Shown here: piece after piece, positions 17,223-26,022 of the stretch
How the letters are laid out: each line of letters starts with the position of its first letter
Numbering within the stretch: position 1 is the first letter of the stretch
Source of the DNA: a virus
Lineage: Duplodnaviria; Caudoviricetes
Direction: 5' to 3' (one strand)
Length of the DNA stretch: 35,939 bases
Virus record (IMG/VR): IMGVR_UViG_3300020044_006332
Coordinates: 1 to 35,939 of that record
Made by a program: the position numbers and the translations under genes
The notes under the pieces: model-generated
Told to the model about the DNA's origin: nothing
What the model saw: the letters and a program-made list of their open reading frames with translations, nothing else
Databases searched by the model: none

Positions 17223-17664
17223 TGCGCGCCTCCTTCCATGAGGTAAAGGACTCGGCCACTTCTTGCGTCGTGATGGCTCCGGTGGTTGCATAGTCGCCCT
17301 GCACGTTGGCTAGAGTCCCTGCCAGCCTGTCCGCAAGCGCCCGCTCGGCGGCAAGCTCTTCCCGAAGCGTGCCAACCTCGCGGTCGATCATCTCGCGCCA
17401 CTCGGTTAGCTCGGCAAGGTCGCGCTCTAGCTCTGCAATGCGGTCAACGCGTGGCGCGTCGCAGTCCTCGCACGCTTTCTGAGCGGCGCGGAATGTCTGG
17501 TTTTCGCGCTCAAGCTGGCGGGCCAAGTTGGTCATCTCTGCGATGTATGCAACACTGCCAAGTCCTCGGTGCGCTATTGCGTCGGTGCGCGGTGTCGGTG
17601 TCGGTGTCATAATTCCCTGCTTGATCATGAAGTCGTTGAAGTCGCTCCCTCGGTGGATGTTCAT
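17209..17664 (-). CDS. Hypothetical coiled-coil protein (151 aa)
   Basis: Start MNIHRGSDF overlaps the terS stop; TPRTD...ARQLERE motif common in phage small proteins. Confidence 0.6.
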   Translation of the reverse strand: MNIHRGSDFNDFMIKQGIMTPTPTPRTDAIAHRGLGSVAYIAEMTNLARQLERENQTFRAAQKACEDCDAPRVDRIAELERDLAELTEWREMIDREVGTLREELAAERALADRLAGTLANVQGDYATTGAITTQEVAESFTSWKEARNGTC

Positions 17665-18194
17665 GAGATTCGCCTCACGCGGTCCTGCGCGTCTTGGATG
17701 ACTCGGGCGAGGGCTTGCTCTTGCTCGTCGGTCAGCTGCAAGGCTGGCGCGACCGTCACCGGCCCACCGTTCGGCCCGCTGATCTCCTGCGCCATGCGCT
17801 CGCCGTAGCGTTTCGGATCCCACTTGGCGAGGAGCTTCAGTCGGGTTTCGATCTGGAGCTTCCGATGGCCGAGCATGTCGGATCGCTTCACCTGCATCCC
17901 GTCTTCGCTCTCGGTGATCTCCTCGCCGATGATTGGCGTGTCGGCGATCCGCAGGGCGTCGAGGGCGATCTTGTCGAAGCCTCGATCTCGCGCCCGCGCG
18001 ATGGCATCGGAAACCTGAGAGTCCGCGCTCATCCAGTCCCTCACGGTGTTGTCGCTCGGCATTGCCGCAGGCGAGCAGATGACGGTCAGCGGCGTGCCTT
18101 CGCTCAGTCCGTCCACGATGCGCTTCAGCACGGCGGGCGTCAGCTTCGACGGCCGGCCGGGTCGCTTCTTGGCGGCTTTCTTTGCTCGCTTCAT
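17661..18194 (-). CDS. terS: Terminase small subunit (Sf6/P22-like)
   Basis: GRPSKLT..IVDGLSEG.PL..IC...MPS..TV.DW HTH region and KLQIETRLKLLAKWDPKRYGE. Confidence 0.85.
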   Translation of the reverse strand: MKRAKKAAKKRPGRPSKLTPAVLKRIVDGLSEGTPLTVICSPAAMPSDNTVRDWMSADSQVSDAIARARDRGFDKIALDALRIADTPIIGEEITESEDGMQVKRSDMLGHRKLQIETRLKLLAKWDPKRYGERMAQEISGPNGGPVTVAPALQLTDEQEQALARVIQDAQDRVRRIS

Positions 18195-18481
18195 GAGATC
18201 GCTTTTGAAGGCACCGTCTCGGGAGGTTGCTCGGCCGAGTAGGTGATTTCTGGAAGTATTGAGGCAGTAAATCCGATGGACCCGAGAGCGTCAACAATCT
18301 GATCCGATGCCGGAACGTGCTGAGTCAGGATTCGCTTCAGAGCTTCGTTGATCTCGGACTCCAGTGAATTCCCCTGATCGCCGCCAGTCACTATCACGGA
18401 GCGGCTCGATCCCTCATAAAGGTATGAGACGCCGAGGATTTCGAACTCCACGATCTGAAAGTCTGGGCTGATGTCACTCAT
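18191..18481 (-). CDS. Small acidic protein, candidate immunity partner of the MuF toxin domain
   Basis: 96 aa, translationally coupled (ATGA) to the MuF gene, lower GC. Confidence 0.55.
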   Translation of the reverse strand: MSDISPDFQIVEFEILGVSYLYEGSSRSVIVTGGDQGNSLESEINEALKRILTQHVPASDQIVDALGSIGFTASILPEITYSAEQPPETVPSKAIS

Positions 18482-20184
18482 AGCTGCTGCAGGGTTTTGA
18501 TGACGAACTCGAAGAACTCGGGGTCCGACTGGTAGAATTCAGCAGGGTTTCGGTCGAGCCTCTCAATTCCCATCGTGAGGATTTCTGTCGCGTCTGGGTA
18601 GATCTTGCCGGTGTAGACGCGTCCGCCAAGTTCTTCCCACTTGTCCTTGTAGGCTTTCTCGTCGCGTCCGTAATTTGCGCCAGTGAGGCTCTTCAACGAT
18701 CTGGGTTTTTCTCCTGCCGCTCTCTTCTTTAGGAAGTCCATCGAAGCTTGCAGAACGCTAGTGTTCTGCATTTCTGTGATATGAGTGATTTCATGCGCGA
18801 CAGTTGACGATCCGCTAGCGGTTTCGTTAATAAAAATAGACTTTAACAGAGCGTAAGCCCTTTGGCTGCTTGTTTTGTTTGCGATTACCTTTGGTAGGAT
18901 TGCCTTTGCCGTGTATCGCTCTACGATTTCGATACCAAAAACCATGTTAGCATTATACCTAAGGTCAGCATCATTATAAGTAATATCAATCTTACCTCTT
19001 TCGCTTTGAGGTATACTTACGACTTCGCGCAATTTTTCAATATACCGAAAAGGGTTTGAATCAATAGCAAACAGATCATCAATGGCTTTATTTTTTCTCT
19101 GCCGTATCTCGTTTAATTCAGCGTCAGATAGGCCTTTAGCATAGGCGTCCGCTAATTCAGTTTGAATCTTGTCTCTGCGGGCTTCAGCCTCCTTGTAAGC
19201 GTCCACCACCGCCTTGTTCTTTGCGATTTCAGCGTCGAGCTGCTGCTTGACGGTGTCGAATGTCCTGCCTTGAGGTTTCGCCGGGATTGGTTCAAAGTTG
19301 CCCGCCCGCGCCCTCTTCAACGCATCCAACGTCACCTTGCCGTCAGGCGTCAGCGCCTGCGGCCCAAATCGCGCTGTGACGGCCGCCACGGCCTCCCGGC
19401 GCAGGTCAGGCGGCAGATCGTCCACGGTGGCCTCCACGCCGCTGTTGAGGCGGGCAGGAAGGGAGACACCGAACCGGGTCAGGTCGGGCGGCACCAGCAC
19501 CTCGCCGGGTCGGACCAGCCCGAGCTTCTCGGCCTCGGCGCGGCCGACTGGCTCCTGCACCATGTAGCTGTTGAACCCGAATGGTCCCCACGGCACGTCG
19601 AAGCCACCGATGTCGGCGGCGTTCTGGAACAGCCAGTAGGCGAAGTCGTCGTATCGCCGGACCTCGCCCTCGGCAGCGACGTGGCGGTCGCGGAACGTCA
19701 CGGCACCCGGCCGGCGGAAGAACCGGGCGGCAGGCCACCGGTTGAGCGTGCGCGGGTCGGTGACGCGCATCGACCAGTCCGCGAACGTCTGGGCCTGCTC
19801 GGTGTTCGTCGTGAAGATCAGCTGGAGGCGGGCGTTCGAGACGACGTTGTCGATCCGGGTGTTTTTGAAATCGGCCGGCGTGGCAAGTCCTTCCGACACG
19901 AGGAGCGTCGCAGCGCGGGATCGGAACTCGGCCAGGCCGTTGACCTTGTAGACGGTCTCCTGCGCGCCGGTGGTCGGGTTGGTGACGGTCTCGGTCGTCC
20001 CGGCCTGCCAGTCCAGCAGCATGTTGCGCATCCGGTTGAGAACTTTCGCGCTGGTGATCGTCGCGGAGAAAAACGAACGCTGCCGGATCGCCGGCGCGAC
20101 GGCCTGCCAGTCTGCCGACTTGAACGACGACGGCGCCGCCTTGCGTCGGAGCAAAGCGCGGAGTGCGTCGAGGAAGGCGGTCAT
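18478..20184 (-). CDS. MuF-like (Mu gpF / SPP1 gp7) head protein with C-terminal zincin metallopeptidase (568 aa)
   Basis: RSFFSA, RLQLIFTTN, R..H, PWGPFGFNS MuF-type motifs; C-terminal AHEITHITE plus EILTMGIE; start set at MTAFLDAL. Confidence 0.8.
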   Translation of the reverse strand: MTAFLDALRALLRRKAAPSSFKSADWQAVAPAIRQRSFFSATITSAKVLNRMRNMLLDWQAGTTETVTNPTTGAQETVYKVNGLAEFRSRAATLLVSEGLATPADFKNTRIDNVVSNARLQLIFTTNTEQAQTFADWSMRVTDPRTLNRWPAARFFRRPGAVTFRDRHVAAEGEVRRYDDFAYWLFQNAADIGGFDVPWGPFGFNSYMVQEPVGRAEAEKLGLVRPGEVLVPPDLTRFGVSLPARLNSGVEATVDDLPPDLRREAVAAVTARFGPQALTPDGKVTLDALKRARAGNFEPIPAKPQGRTFDTVKQQLDAEIAKNKAVVDAYKEAEARRDKIQTELADAYAKGLSDAELNEIRQRKNKAIDDLFAIDSNPFRYIEKLREVVSIPQSERGKIDITYNDADLRYNANMVFGIEIVERYTAKAILPKVIANKTSSQRAYALLKSIFINETASGSSTVAHEITHITEMQNTSVLQASMDFLKKRAAGEKPRSLKSLTGANYGRDEKAYKDKWEELGGRVYTGKIYPDATEILTMGIERLDRNPAEFYQSDPEFFEFVIKTLQQL

Positions 20185-20526
20185 GGCTGGCGGTGGTTGG
20201 CAGGCTTCCCAGTTGTCGCACCCGGCCTGCGGCGAGTGGCTATGAATCCGTGAAGGAGCCCTCTGGCGGCACTGTGGAATGGCCGTGGATCCGTCGGGAA
20301 CTGATGGGAGGTTGGAGCGGAGCCTCCACGGAATCAAGCTGGAAATGGGAGGGCGCAAAATTTGAAAAATCGGGAAGAATCAACACTCGCAAGGTGTTCC
20401 TTCATGACGATTTCGATTTTGGCTTCTAGATGCCTCCTGAGCGTTTTTCGATGGCGTTTTGGCACTGTGTCCATGAATGCCCTGATGGACGCGCCACAGG
20501 TGCCTTCTCGCGCTTGGAAATGCCCA

Positions 20527-20875
20527 CTGGCGAAATTCTCAGATTGCAGCCAGACCATTTGATCGGAAATTCACCCTTGGCGCAATCGCAACGCAGGTTG
20601 CGGCCTGTAACAATCAATCGTTGGCGCCTAACCCATTGAAAATTAGAGCTGACCCTCGCGACAACAACAACAACAACAAAATTAAAAGATTAGTTAGTAG
20701 TAAGGGCTGCTTCTCATGGGATCTTTGGCTGAAATTCTCTGAATGGCTATTTAGGGATCTCTGGCGAAATTCTGTTACCTGTTGTCAGTATTGATTTTCA
20801 GCGACTTAGCTTCCAACCGACAACAAATTCCGGCAACTTCCTAGGCTCTCCACGGGATCTCGGCTGGAAAATCCC
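20527..20875. repeat. Degenerate direct repeats GGGATCT..GGC(T)GAAATTC and an ACA trinucleotide tract in the early/late gap
   Basis: Copies at 20527-20540 (partial), 20718-20738, 20754-20773 and 20854-20875; (ACA)6 at 20661-20678. Confidence 0.55.
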
Positions 20876-21084
20876 GCTTCCGATCCCGAAACATTTCGGC
20901 GGATCTCAAATCTGGATTGCGGAGAAATTTCCCGTGTAGGTAATCCCCGACGTGCACTGATGTTGCCAAAAATCGGCGGATTTCGACAGGTGGATCTCGA
21001 TTGCTGGCGCGGTTGCAGAGACGTTGAATTTCGGCGCAGAAACCCGGTATTTTTGAAAGATCGTCAGCCGTTGGGTGGCATCGA

Positions 21085-21119
21085 ATAAAAAGCCCGCCCT
21101 CCCCGAAGGAAAGGCGGGC
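21085..21119 (-). terminator. Rho-independent terminator ending the replication operon
   Basis: GCCCGCC...GGCGGGC stem with a TTCG loop, followed by TTTTTATT on the minus strand. Confidence 0.85.
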
Positions 21120-21137
21120 CGCATCGAGCCACTCGGA

Positions 21138-21476
21138 TCAGAACGGGATGTCATCCCCGGCATCCTCGACAAGCGCGACTTGCACCGGTGGAGGTGTCGC
21201 GGCGGGCTTCCCGATCGGCTTGAAGTTGCCGATGATCGGCCCTTTTTCACCGGCCTCCCGGCGCTCCTTGGTGAGGTTCACTGCGGCGAATCCGGTGTAT
21301 CCGTATTTGTCCGGGCCGTCCCGGTTCGGGATCAGCGTCAGCTCCAGATTGCGCGACTTCTCGCCGACGAAAACGGCGTTGGCTTGGAGCGGGATCGCGA
21401 TGAACTCGACGCCGTCCTTCGAGGTGAACGGGCGCGCTCCGGTGAGCTTCAACAGGTCAATTTTCAGCGATTGCAT
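21138..21476 (-). CDS. Putative single-stranded DNA-binding protein (112 aa)
   Basis: Start MQSLKIDLLKL; PDKYG..G and PIIGN motifs; acidic DDIPF tail. Confidence 0.6.
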   Translation of the reverse strand: MQSLKIDLLKLTGARPFTSKDGVEFIAIPLQANAVFVGEKSRNLELTLIPNRDGPDKYGYTGFAAVNLTKERREAGEKGPIIGNFKPIGKPAATPPPVQVALVEDAGDDIPF

Positions 21477-21495
21477 GGTGGTATTTGGTAGGAGA

Positions 21496-21846
21496 TCAGA
21501 CGAGGGACGTGCCGTCAATATCGGCGAACTCGCGGACGGCCGGCGCGGATTCGCAGCGGTCTCGGCACTCGGCAGGGTCAGTGCATCCGCAGCGCGGGCA
21601 GTCGCCTGGCGCTGGACGTCGGGCGATGGCGTCGCGGATCGTGCGGCGATTGCGGATGAACCCATCGGCGAGGGCGTCAAGGTGGACGCCTTGCCGGTGA
21701 GCGAGCCGCAGCGCGTGGTTGCGGGCCTCGACGGCGGCGAAGTCGTCGTGCCGTGGGTTGTGGACGCGTGACGGTTTGAACCCGGCTGCCTTGGCGGCTT
21801 CGCGGATGGATTCTCGGATGATAATTGCGGCTTGGTTGGTGGTCAT
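21496..21846 (-). CDS. Putative DNA-binding protein (DnaA C-terminal-like HTH + Cys cluster, 116 aa)
   Basis: VEARNHALRLAHRQGVHLDALADGFIRNRRTIRDAI pattern; CPRCGC..C...C tail. Confidence 0.5.
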   Translation of the reverse strand: MTTNQAAIIIRESIREAAKAAGFKPSRVHNPRHDDFAAVEARNHALRLAHRQGVHLDALADGFIRNRRTIRDAIARRPAPGDCPRCGCTDPAECRDRCESAPAVREFADIDGTSLV

Positions 21847-22010
21847 AGGGTAGACATAGGGTAGGCATAGGGTTGCCACTGTGCCGGGCTGCTCCCGAGA
21901 TGGGACCGGCATCGGTGGCGCTGGAGAGTTTCCGGGCTGTCTCGGGCGATCAGCCCCGACGAGAGCAGACGTGAGACTGGCAACATGCCACCCGGTTTGC
22001 ACTAGCAAAT

Positions 22011-24632
22011 TCAGAATGGCACGCTCACGGCGCGCTGGCGGATGTTGAGGCCGAAGTTGAGAACCTCGTGCTTTTCGTGGCCTGGCACCCGCTCAAGCTG
22101 TTGCCGCCATTTGGCACCGGCCCACGGCGTGTCGGCGAAGATCCGTTCAAGCGCCGGGTGGCGGTTGGCGATACTGGCGCGGCCGTCCTTGATCAGGATC
22201 CCGTGCCTGCGGAGCGCGTCGCGGGTCTCGTTCCGCTCGCCGAGTTGATCGTTCGAGAGGTAGGATGCGGACACGTTGGCGATCGCCACGGCCTCGGAGA
22301 TCGAGCGCGTGAGCGGTCGGCCTGCGATCTCGTAGCGGATCGAGGCGGCGAAGAGGTGGCTGAGACACTGGTTCTCGTCGTTGTCGATCTCCTCGGCCTT
22401 GAATCCGGTCCAGTCCTGTTTCGCCATCCACTGGCGGGCGAACTCCTCGGTCGCGGTGCGGGTCGAGGTCAGCGAGAACGCGCCGGCCAACAGAGTGCCG
22501 AGTTGGTCGGCGCTGCGCTTGTCGCCGGTGAATGCCACGGCCACCGAGGAGAACGTCTCGGCGTTTGCCCGCAGCGTCTTCGCGTTGGCGAGGGATCGGG
22601 CGCGGATCTGCTCGGCGAAGCCCTTCCGCTGCACGGTATCGAGCCAGAGCGACTTGAGGATCTCGAAATGCTCCTGCGCGCCGGGTCCGTTGTTTTTGCG
22701 AAGTTGCAGCACCGTCACGCGGGACACATCAGCCTTTTTCACGGCTGCCACCCCAATCGAGGCGAACAGGAAGCACGAGCGAACCATGTAGTCGATGCTT
22801 CCGCCGCTCGCGCTGCCCTTCGTGATCCGTGCTTTGCTCTCGCTCGATGCCTGGCGCGCAAGTTCAAGCACGCCTTCGAGCCGCTGCTGGCCTCGCTTGT
22901 CCTCGCTCTCGGCCTCGTCGAATACCACTGGAAGAGCATCCGATCCGATTTTCTGCCGAAGGCCGGCCTCGGTCGTCGCACCCTGAACGTGGATTGCGGA
23001 GTCGCCGACGATTGGCGAGATGATGTTGGCGACGCTCCACGACTTCCCGGATCCAGACGGGCCGGTCAGCCACAGGTGCGGCCTCCAGACGAGAGCGCCG
23101 CAGATCGGAGCGATAGCGAGCCAACCGGCAAGGAGCTTACCGTAAAGCGGGCGCTCCCAACTGAGCATCTCGCAGAGTTCGATGAGGCGGGAGGCTGCCA
23201 GGTTGTCAGCACCGGTGCCGGAGTCCACCGGGATCTCAAGCGCGCCCTCGTAGATCGCCCGAACTGCAGAGTTGAAATTCGGGATAGGCGTCGCCTTGCC
23301 GTTCAGGACAAGTTCGTTCCCGGCATGGAAGACCACATCGTCGCCGTCGATCCAGCAGCCACGGCCTCGGATCCGCTGTGGATCGAATTTCGGCAGCGAC
23401 TGGCTCCGCTGGATGAGCGCATTCACTGCTTGGTCCCAACTCTTGCCGGTCAGATCGTTGCCGTCTGCATACTCGTCCTCCCACGCGTTCAGCACTGCGA
23501 GCCGCATGAGGTTGTTTTTCGTGTGGCCGGATGCCGTCAGGTTGACGACCTGCTGGCCTCGGTCGGGCATGTAAAAAAACGAGTCACCATCCACGCCGAG
23601 CAGGCGGAAAGGTAGTCCTTCGATCCGGTCTTCCTGTCTTGGCTTGGCCCGCACCGGCTGCCACGGCTCGACCTCGTCCTGTGGCGGTTCCGGTTCAGGC
23701 ATCGGCTCGGCGCGTGGCTTCATGGCTTCGACGAGCTGCGCCCTGTCCCATCCCTCGGCGACGGCATCGGCCAGATCCCAGCCGTCGCTTGGACCGGCCG
23801 GCGGCTGGATGATGCGGACCTTGGCGGCGATCCCGGCGAGCGCCTTGGCGATGGCTCGTGCGGCTTCCATGCCTGGTTGATCCCTGTCCGGCCAGATGTT
23901 GACCTTGCGTCCGGCGAGCGGCGACCAGTCGGTGAACTTCGCGGCCTTGCTGCCACCCGGCCATGTAACGACGACACCGGGACAGATGCGGCGGGCAGCG
24001 TCGGCCGTCTTCTCACCCTCGACGATCAGCACGCCGGCGTCGGGGTTGGCCGCGAGCAGGTCGAGGCCGTAAATCGGGCGAGGCTTCCCGAACGAGAGCC
24101 AGCGGAATTGCTGGCGACCGTCAGCGTGGCGCGCCCATGTCAGCGGGACAACGTCCTTGCCGCCACCGGGTAGGTCGAACCGGCAGATGGCACCGAACAG
24201 CCGGCCGGCGGCGTCGCGGTATTCCCAGACGCCGGATGGTTGACCGAAGCGGTGGTGGTGGATGCGCTCAGGCATAGCGGTCCCGGCCGGCGCGGTCGTC
24301 GGCGTCCAGTCGGCGTTGGCGGCCTTGGGTTTCGGTGCAGCCACCTCGATGCCGGTGCGCAGCCGCTCGCCGATCTCGGTGGCGGCATCCTTCATTCCGC
24401 ATGACCGGATCGCGGCGAGGAGTGAGACGGGATCACCTCCACCGGCGTCGGTCGAGAAATCCTTCCAGACGCCGGATGTCAGGTTGATGGACAGCGAGCG
24501 GCCCGGTTCGCCGGACAGGCTGCCGACTTTCCACTCGTGGCCTTCGCGACGGCCGGCGGGCAGCCACTCGGTGACGAGGGATTCAAGGGATGAGAGAGCG
24601 GCGGCGTTGATGGCCGCGAAGTCGAGTTTCAT
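22011..24632 (-). CDS. DNA primase-helicase (TOPRIM + P-loop NTPase, 873 aa)
   Basis: LIVEGEKTADA, IWPDRD and GWDLAD TOPRIM motifs; Walker A GPSGSGKS, Walker B VFDEAE. Confidence 0.9.
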   Translation of the reverse strand: MKLDFAAINAAALSSLESLVTEWLPAGRREGHEWKVGSLSGEPGRSLSINLTSGVWKDFSTDAGGGDPVSLLAAIRSCGMKDAATEIGERLRTGIEVAAPKPKAANADWTPTTAPAGTAMPERIHHHRFGQPSGVWEYRDAAGRLFGAICRFDLPGGGKDVVPLTWARHADGRQQFRWLSFGKPRPIYGLDLLAANPDAGVLIVEGEKTADAARRICPGVVVTWPGGSKAAKFTDWSPLAGRKVNIWPDRDQPGMEAARAIAKALAGIAAKVRIIQPPAGPSDGWDLADAVAEGWDRAQLVEAMKPRAEPMPEPEPPQDEVEPWQPVRAKPRQEDRIEGLPFRLLGVDGDSFFYMPDRGQQVVNLTASGHTKNNLMRLAVLNAWEDEYADGNDLTGKSWDQAVNALIQRSQSLPKFDPQRIRGRGCWIDGDDVVFHAGNELVLNGKATPIPNFNSAVRAIYEGALEIPVDSGTGADNLAASRLIELCEMLSWERPLYGKLLAGWLAIAPICGALVWRPHLWLTGPSGSGKSWSVANIISPIVGDSAIHVQGATTEAGLRQKIGSDALPVVFDEAESEDKRGQQRLEGVLELARQASSESKARITKGSASGGSIDYMVRSCFLFASIGVAAVKKADVSRVTVLQLRKNNGPGAQEHFEILKSLWLDTVQRKGFAEQIRARSLANAKTLRANAETFSSVAVAFTGDKRSADQLGTLLAGAFSLTSTRTATEEFARQWMAKQDWTGFKAEEIDNDENQCLSHLFAASIRYEIAGRPLTRSISEAVAIANVSASYLSNDQLGERNETRDALRRHGILIKDGRASIANRHPALERIFADTPWAGAKWRQQLERVPGHEKHEVLNFGLNIRQRAVSVPF

Positions 24633-24659
24633 GGTTGGTGGTTGGTGCGGGATGAGGTG

Positions 24660-24884
24660 CTACTGCGGCCTGCGTTGCTCTGCAAGCTCCTTCTGGTTCA
24701 TTTCGTCGCCCTCGTCCCAGCCTGCCTCGTAGGCATACCAGCGCAGCGAGCGGGGCGGATGGTGGTTGTCCCAGTGGCCGCGACGGGCGTCGTCAAAGCC
24801 GGTGCGGAAGATGGGCTCCAGCGCCTTCCAGTGCGGCGAGCGTCGGAGGTGGTCGAGGGTGGGCGGGACGGGTGGTTGGGACAT
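24660..24884 (-). CDS. Hypothetical protein (74 aa)
   Basis: In operon; GFDDARRG..NHHP....AYEAGWDEG motif. Confidence 0.6.
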   Translation of the reverse strand: MSQPPVPPTLDHLRRSPHWKALEPIFRTGFDDARRGHWDNHHPPRSLRWYAYEAGWDEGDEMNQKELAEQRRPQ

Positions 24885-24886
24885 GG

Positions 24887-25234
24887 TCAGAGTGGTTGGA
24901 TGATCCCGAGCGCGTCGTCGATCGACCGGGCGACTCCGGCCAGCCCGCCGTCGGCTTTGACGCGGGCGATGAAGTTCTTCTGGGGATCGGTGGCGCGGCC
25001 TCGCTCGCCCTTGACCTCGATGGCAAGGAAGACGGCGACCTTCTGTCCGACCATGTCGGGCGTGACGGTCACCGATCGCCAGCCGATCAGGTCGGAGCCG
25101 CCGGGATTGGCGACTCCGAATCGGATGAGCCGGCCGTCAGCGTCCTTCAGCGCGCCGCAGTTGTTGCGGAAGAGCCGGACGCCTGGCGTCGAAAGCCCGA
25201 GCATGATCGAGCGGAGGCGGTTCATTTCGTTCAT
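24887..25234 (-). CDS. VRR-NUC domain nuclease
   Basis: LFRNNCG, GGSDLIG, FLAIEVK and Q..FI..V...GG.AGVARS motifs. Confidence 0.88.
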   Translation of the reverse strand: MNEMNRLRSIMLGLSTPGVRLFRNNCGALKDADGRLIRFGVANPGGSDLIGWRSVTVTPDMVGQKVAVFLAIEVKGERGRATDPQKNFIARVKADGGLAGVARSIDDALGIIQPL

Positions 25235-25275
25235 GGTGGGTCAGAATAGGTCCGGGGCTGCGGGTGGTGTCAATC

Positions 25276-26022
25276 TCAGGTGCAAGGGGGGGGGGTGACA
25301 TCTGAAAAGCTTGACATCGGAACGTCAAAGAGCGGCACGAATTTCTGGCGTAGGATCAGGGAGAGGTTGCCGGATTCTTCGATTTCTGGGTTGGGGGATT
25401 TCTGCCACGGCATCCATTCCCTTCCTTCGTGTGGGGAAAGACTCGATTCAATGAGCGCCACGATAGAATATTTGATGTCTTCGACAAGTTCCTCAGTGAT
25501 TGTCTGGAGGTCAACAAACCAATGCTTCGTTGAGTTTGCCCTACAAATTCCTTTTTCTACTGAATCCGCGCCTCCACTCATTAATATTTGAGAAATGAGG
25601 CACTGAATGCGACCCATAGAATCAAGTGATTCGTTTTTCAAGAACTCAGAGTGATAGAGTTCGCTCGGGCCGATTTCTACTCCAACTCCGTGCCTCGATA
25701 CCGTAATGGAAAACCAGAAGTTCTTCCGGCATCGATAACCCCAGTCTGGCGGCAAGTCCTCTTCAACGAATCTCGACCACTCATACGCATACGGAGGGAT
25801 CTCATAAGGAACAGGCTTCGGTGCAGGCTTCTTCTTCTCCTTGTAAGCCTTGGTCTTCTTCTTCACCGCCTCCTTGTTGCGCTCGTAGTGCGCCCGCTGG
25901 GATTCAAGAGCCTTCTTGGCCTTGGCGTCGTAGTCCTCGGGCGAGAACCAGTATTCCTTGATGCCGGATCGTTTCCAGAACCTCCAGCCATCCTCTCGCA
26001 CGTCTCCACGTTTCGGATTCAT
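25276..26022 (-). CDS. Hypothetical protein with basic N-terminal module (248 aa)
   Basis: KRGDVREDG.RFW...YW N-terminus; lower-GC C-terminal part. Confidence 0.6.
   Translation of the reverse strand: MNPKRGDVREDGWRFWKRSGIKEYWFSPEDYDAKAKKALESQRAHYERNKEAVKKKTKAYKEKKKPAPKPVPYEIPPYAYEWSRFVEEDLPPDWGYRCRKNFWFSITVSRHGVGVEIGPSELYHSEFLKNESLDSMGRIQCLISQILMSGGADSVEKGICRANSTKHWFVDLQTITEELVEDIKYSIVALIESSLSPHEGREWMPWQKSPNPEIEESGNLSLILRQKFVPLFDVPMSSFSDVTPPPCT

Noticed and set aside
20334-20639. Short ORFs in the early/late gap (20334-20558 minus, 20430-20639 plus and others)
   Set aside because: Competing frames on both strands, atypical codon use and no motifs; none can be supported, although 20334-20558 is not excluded.
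20661-20875. CRISPR array
   Set aside because: The repeats are short, degenerate and irregularly spaced, and no cas genes are present.
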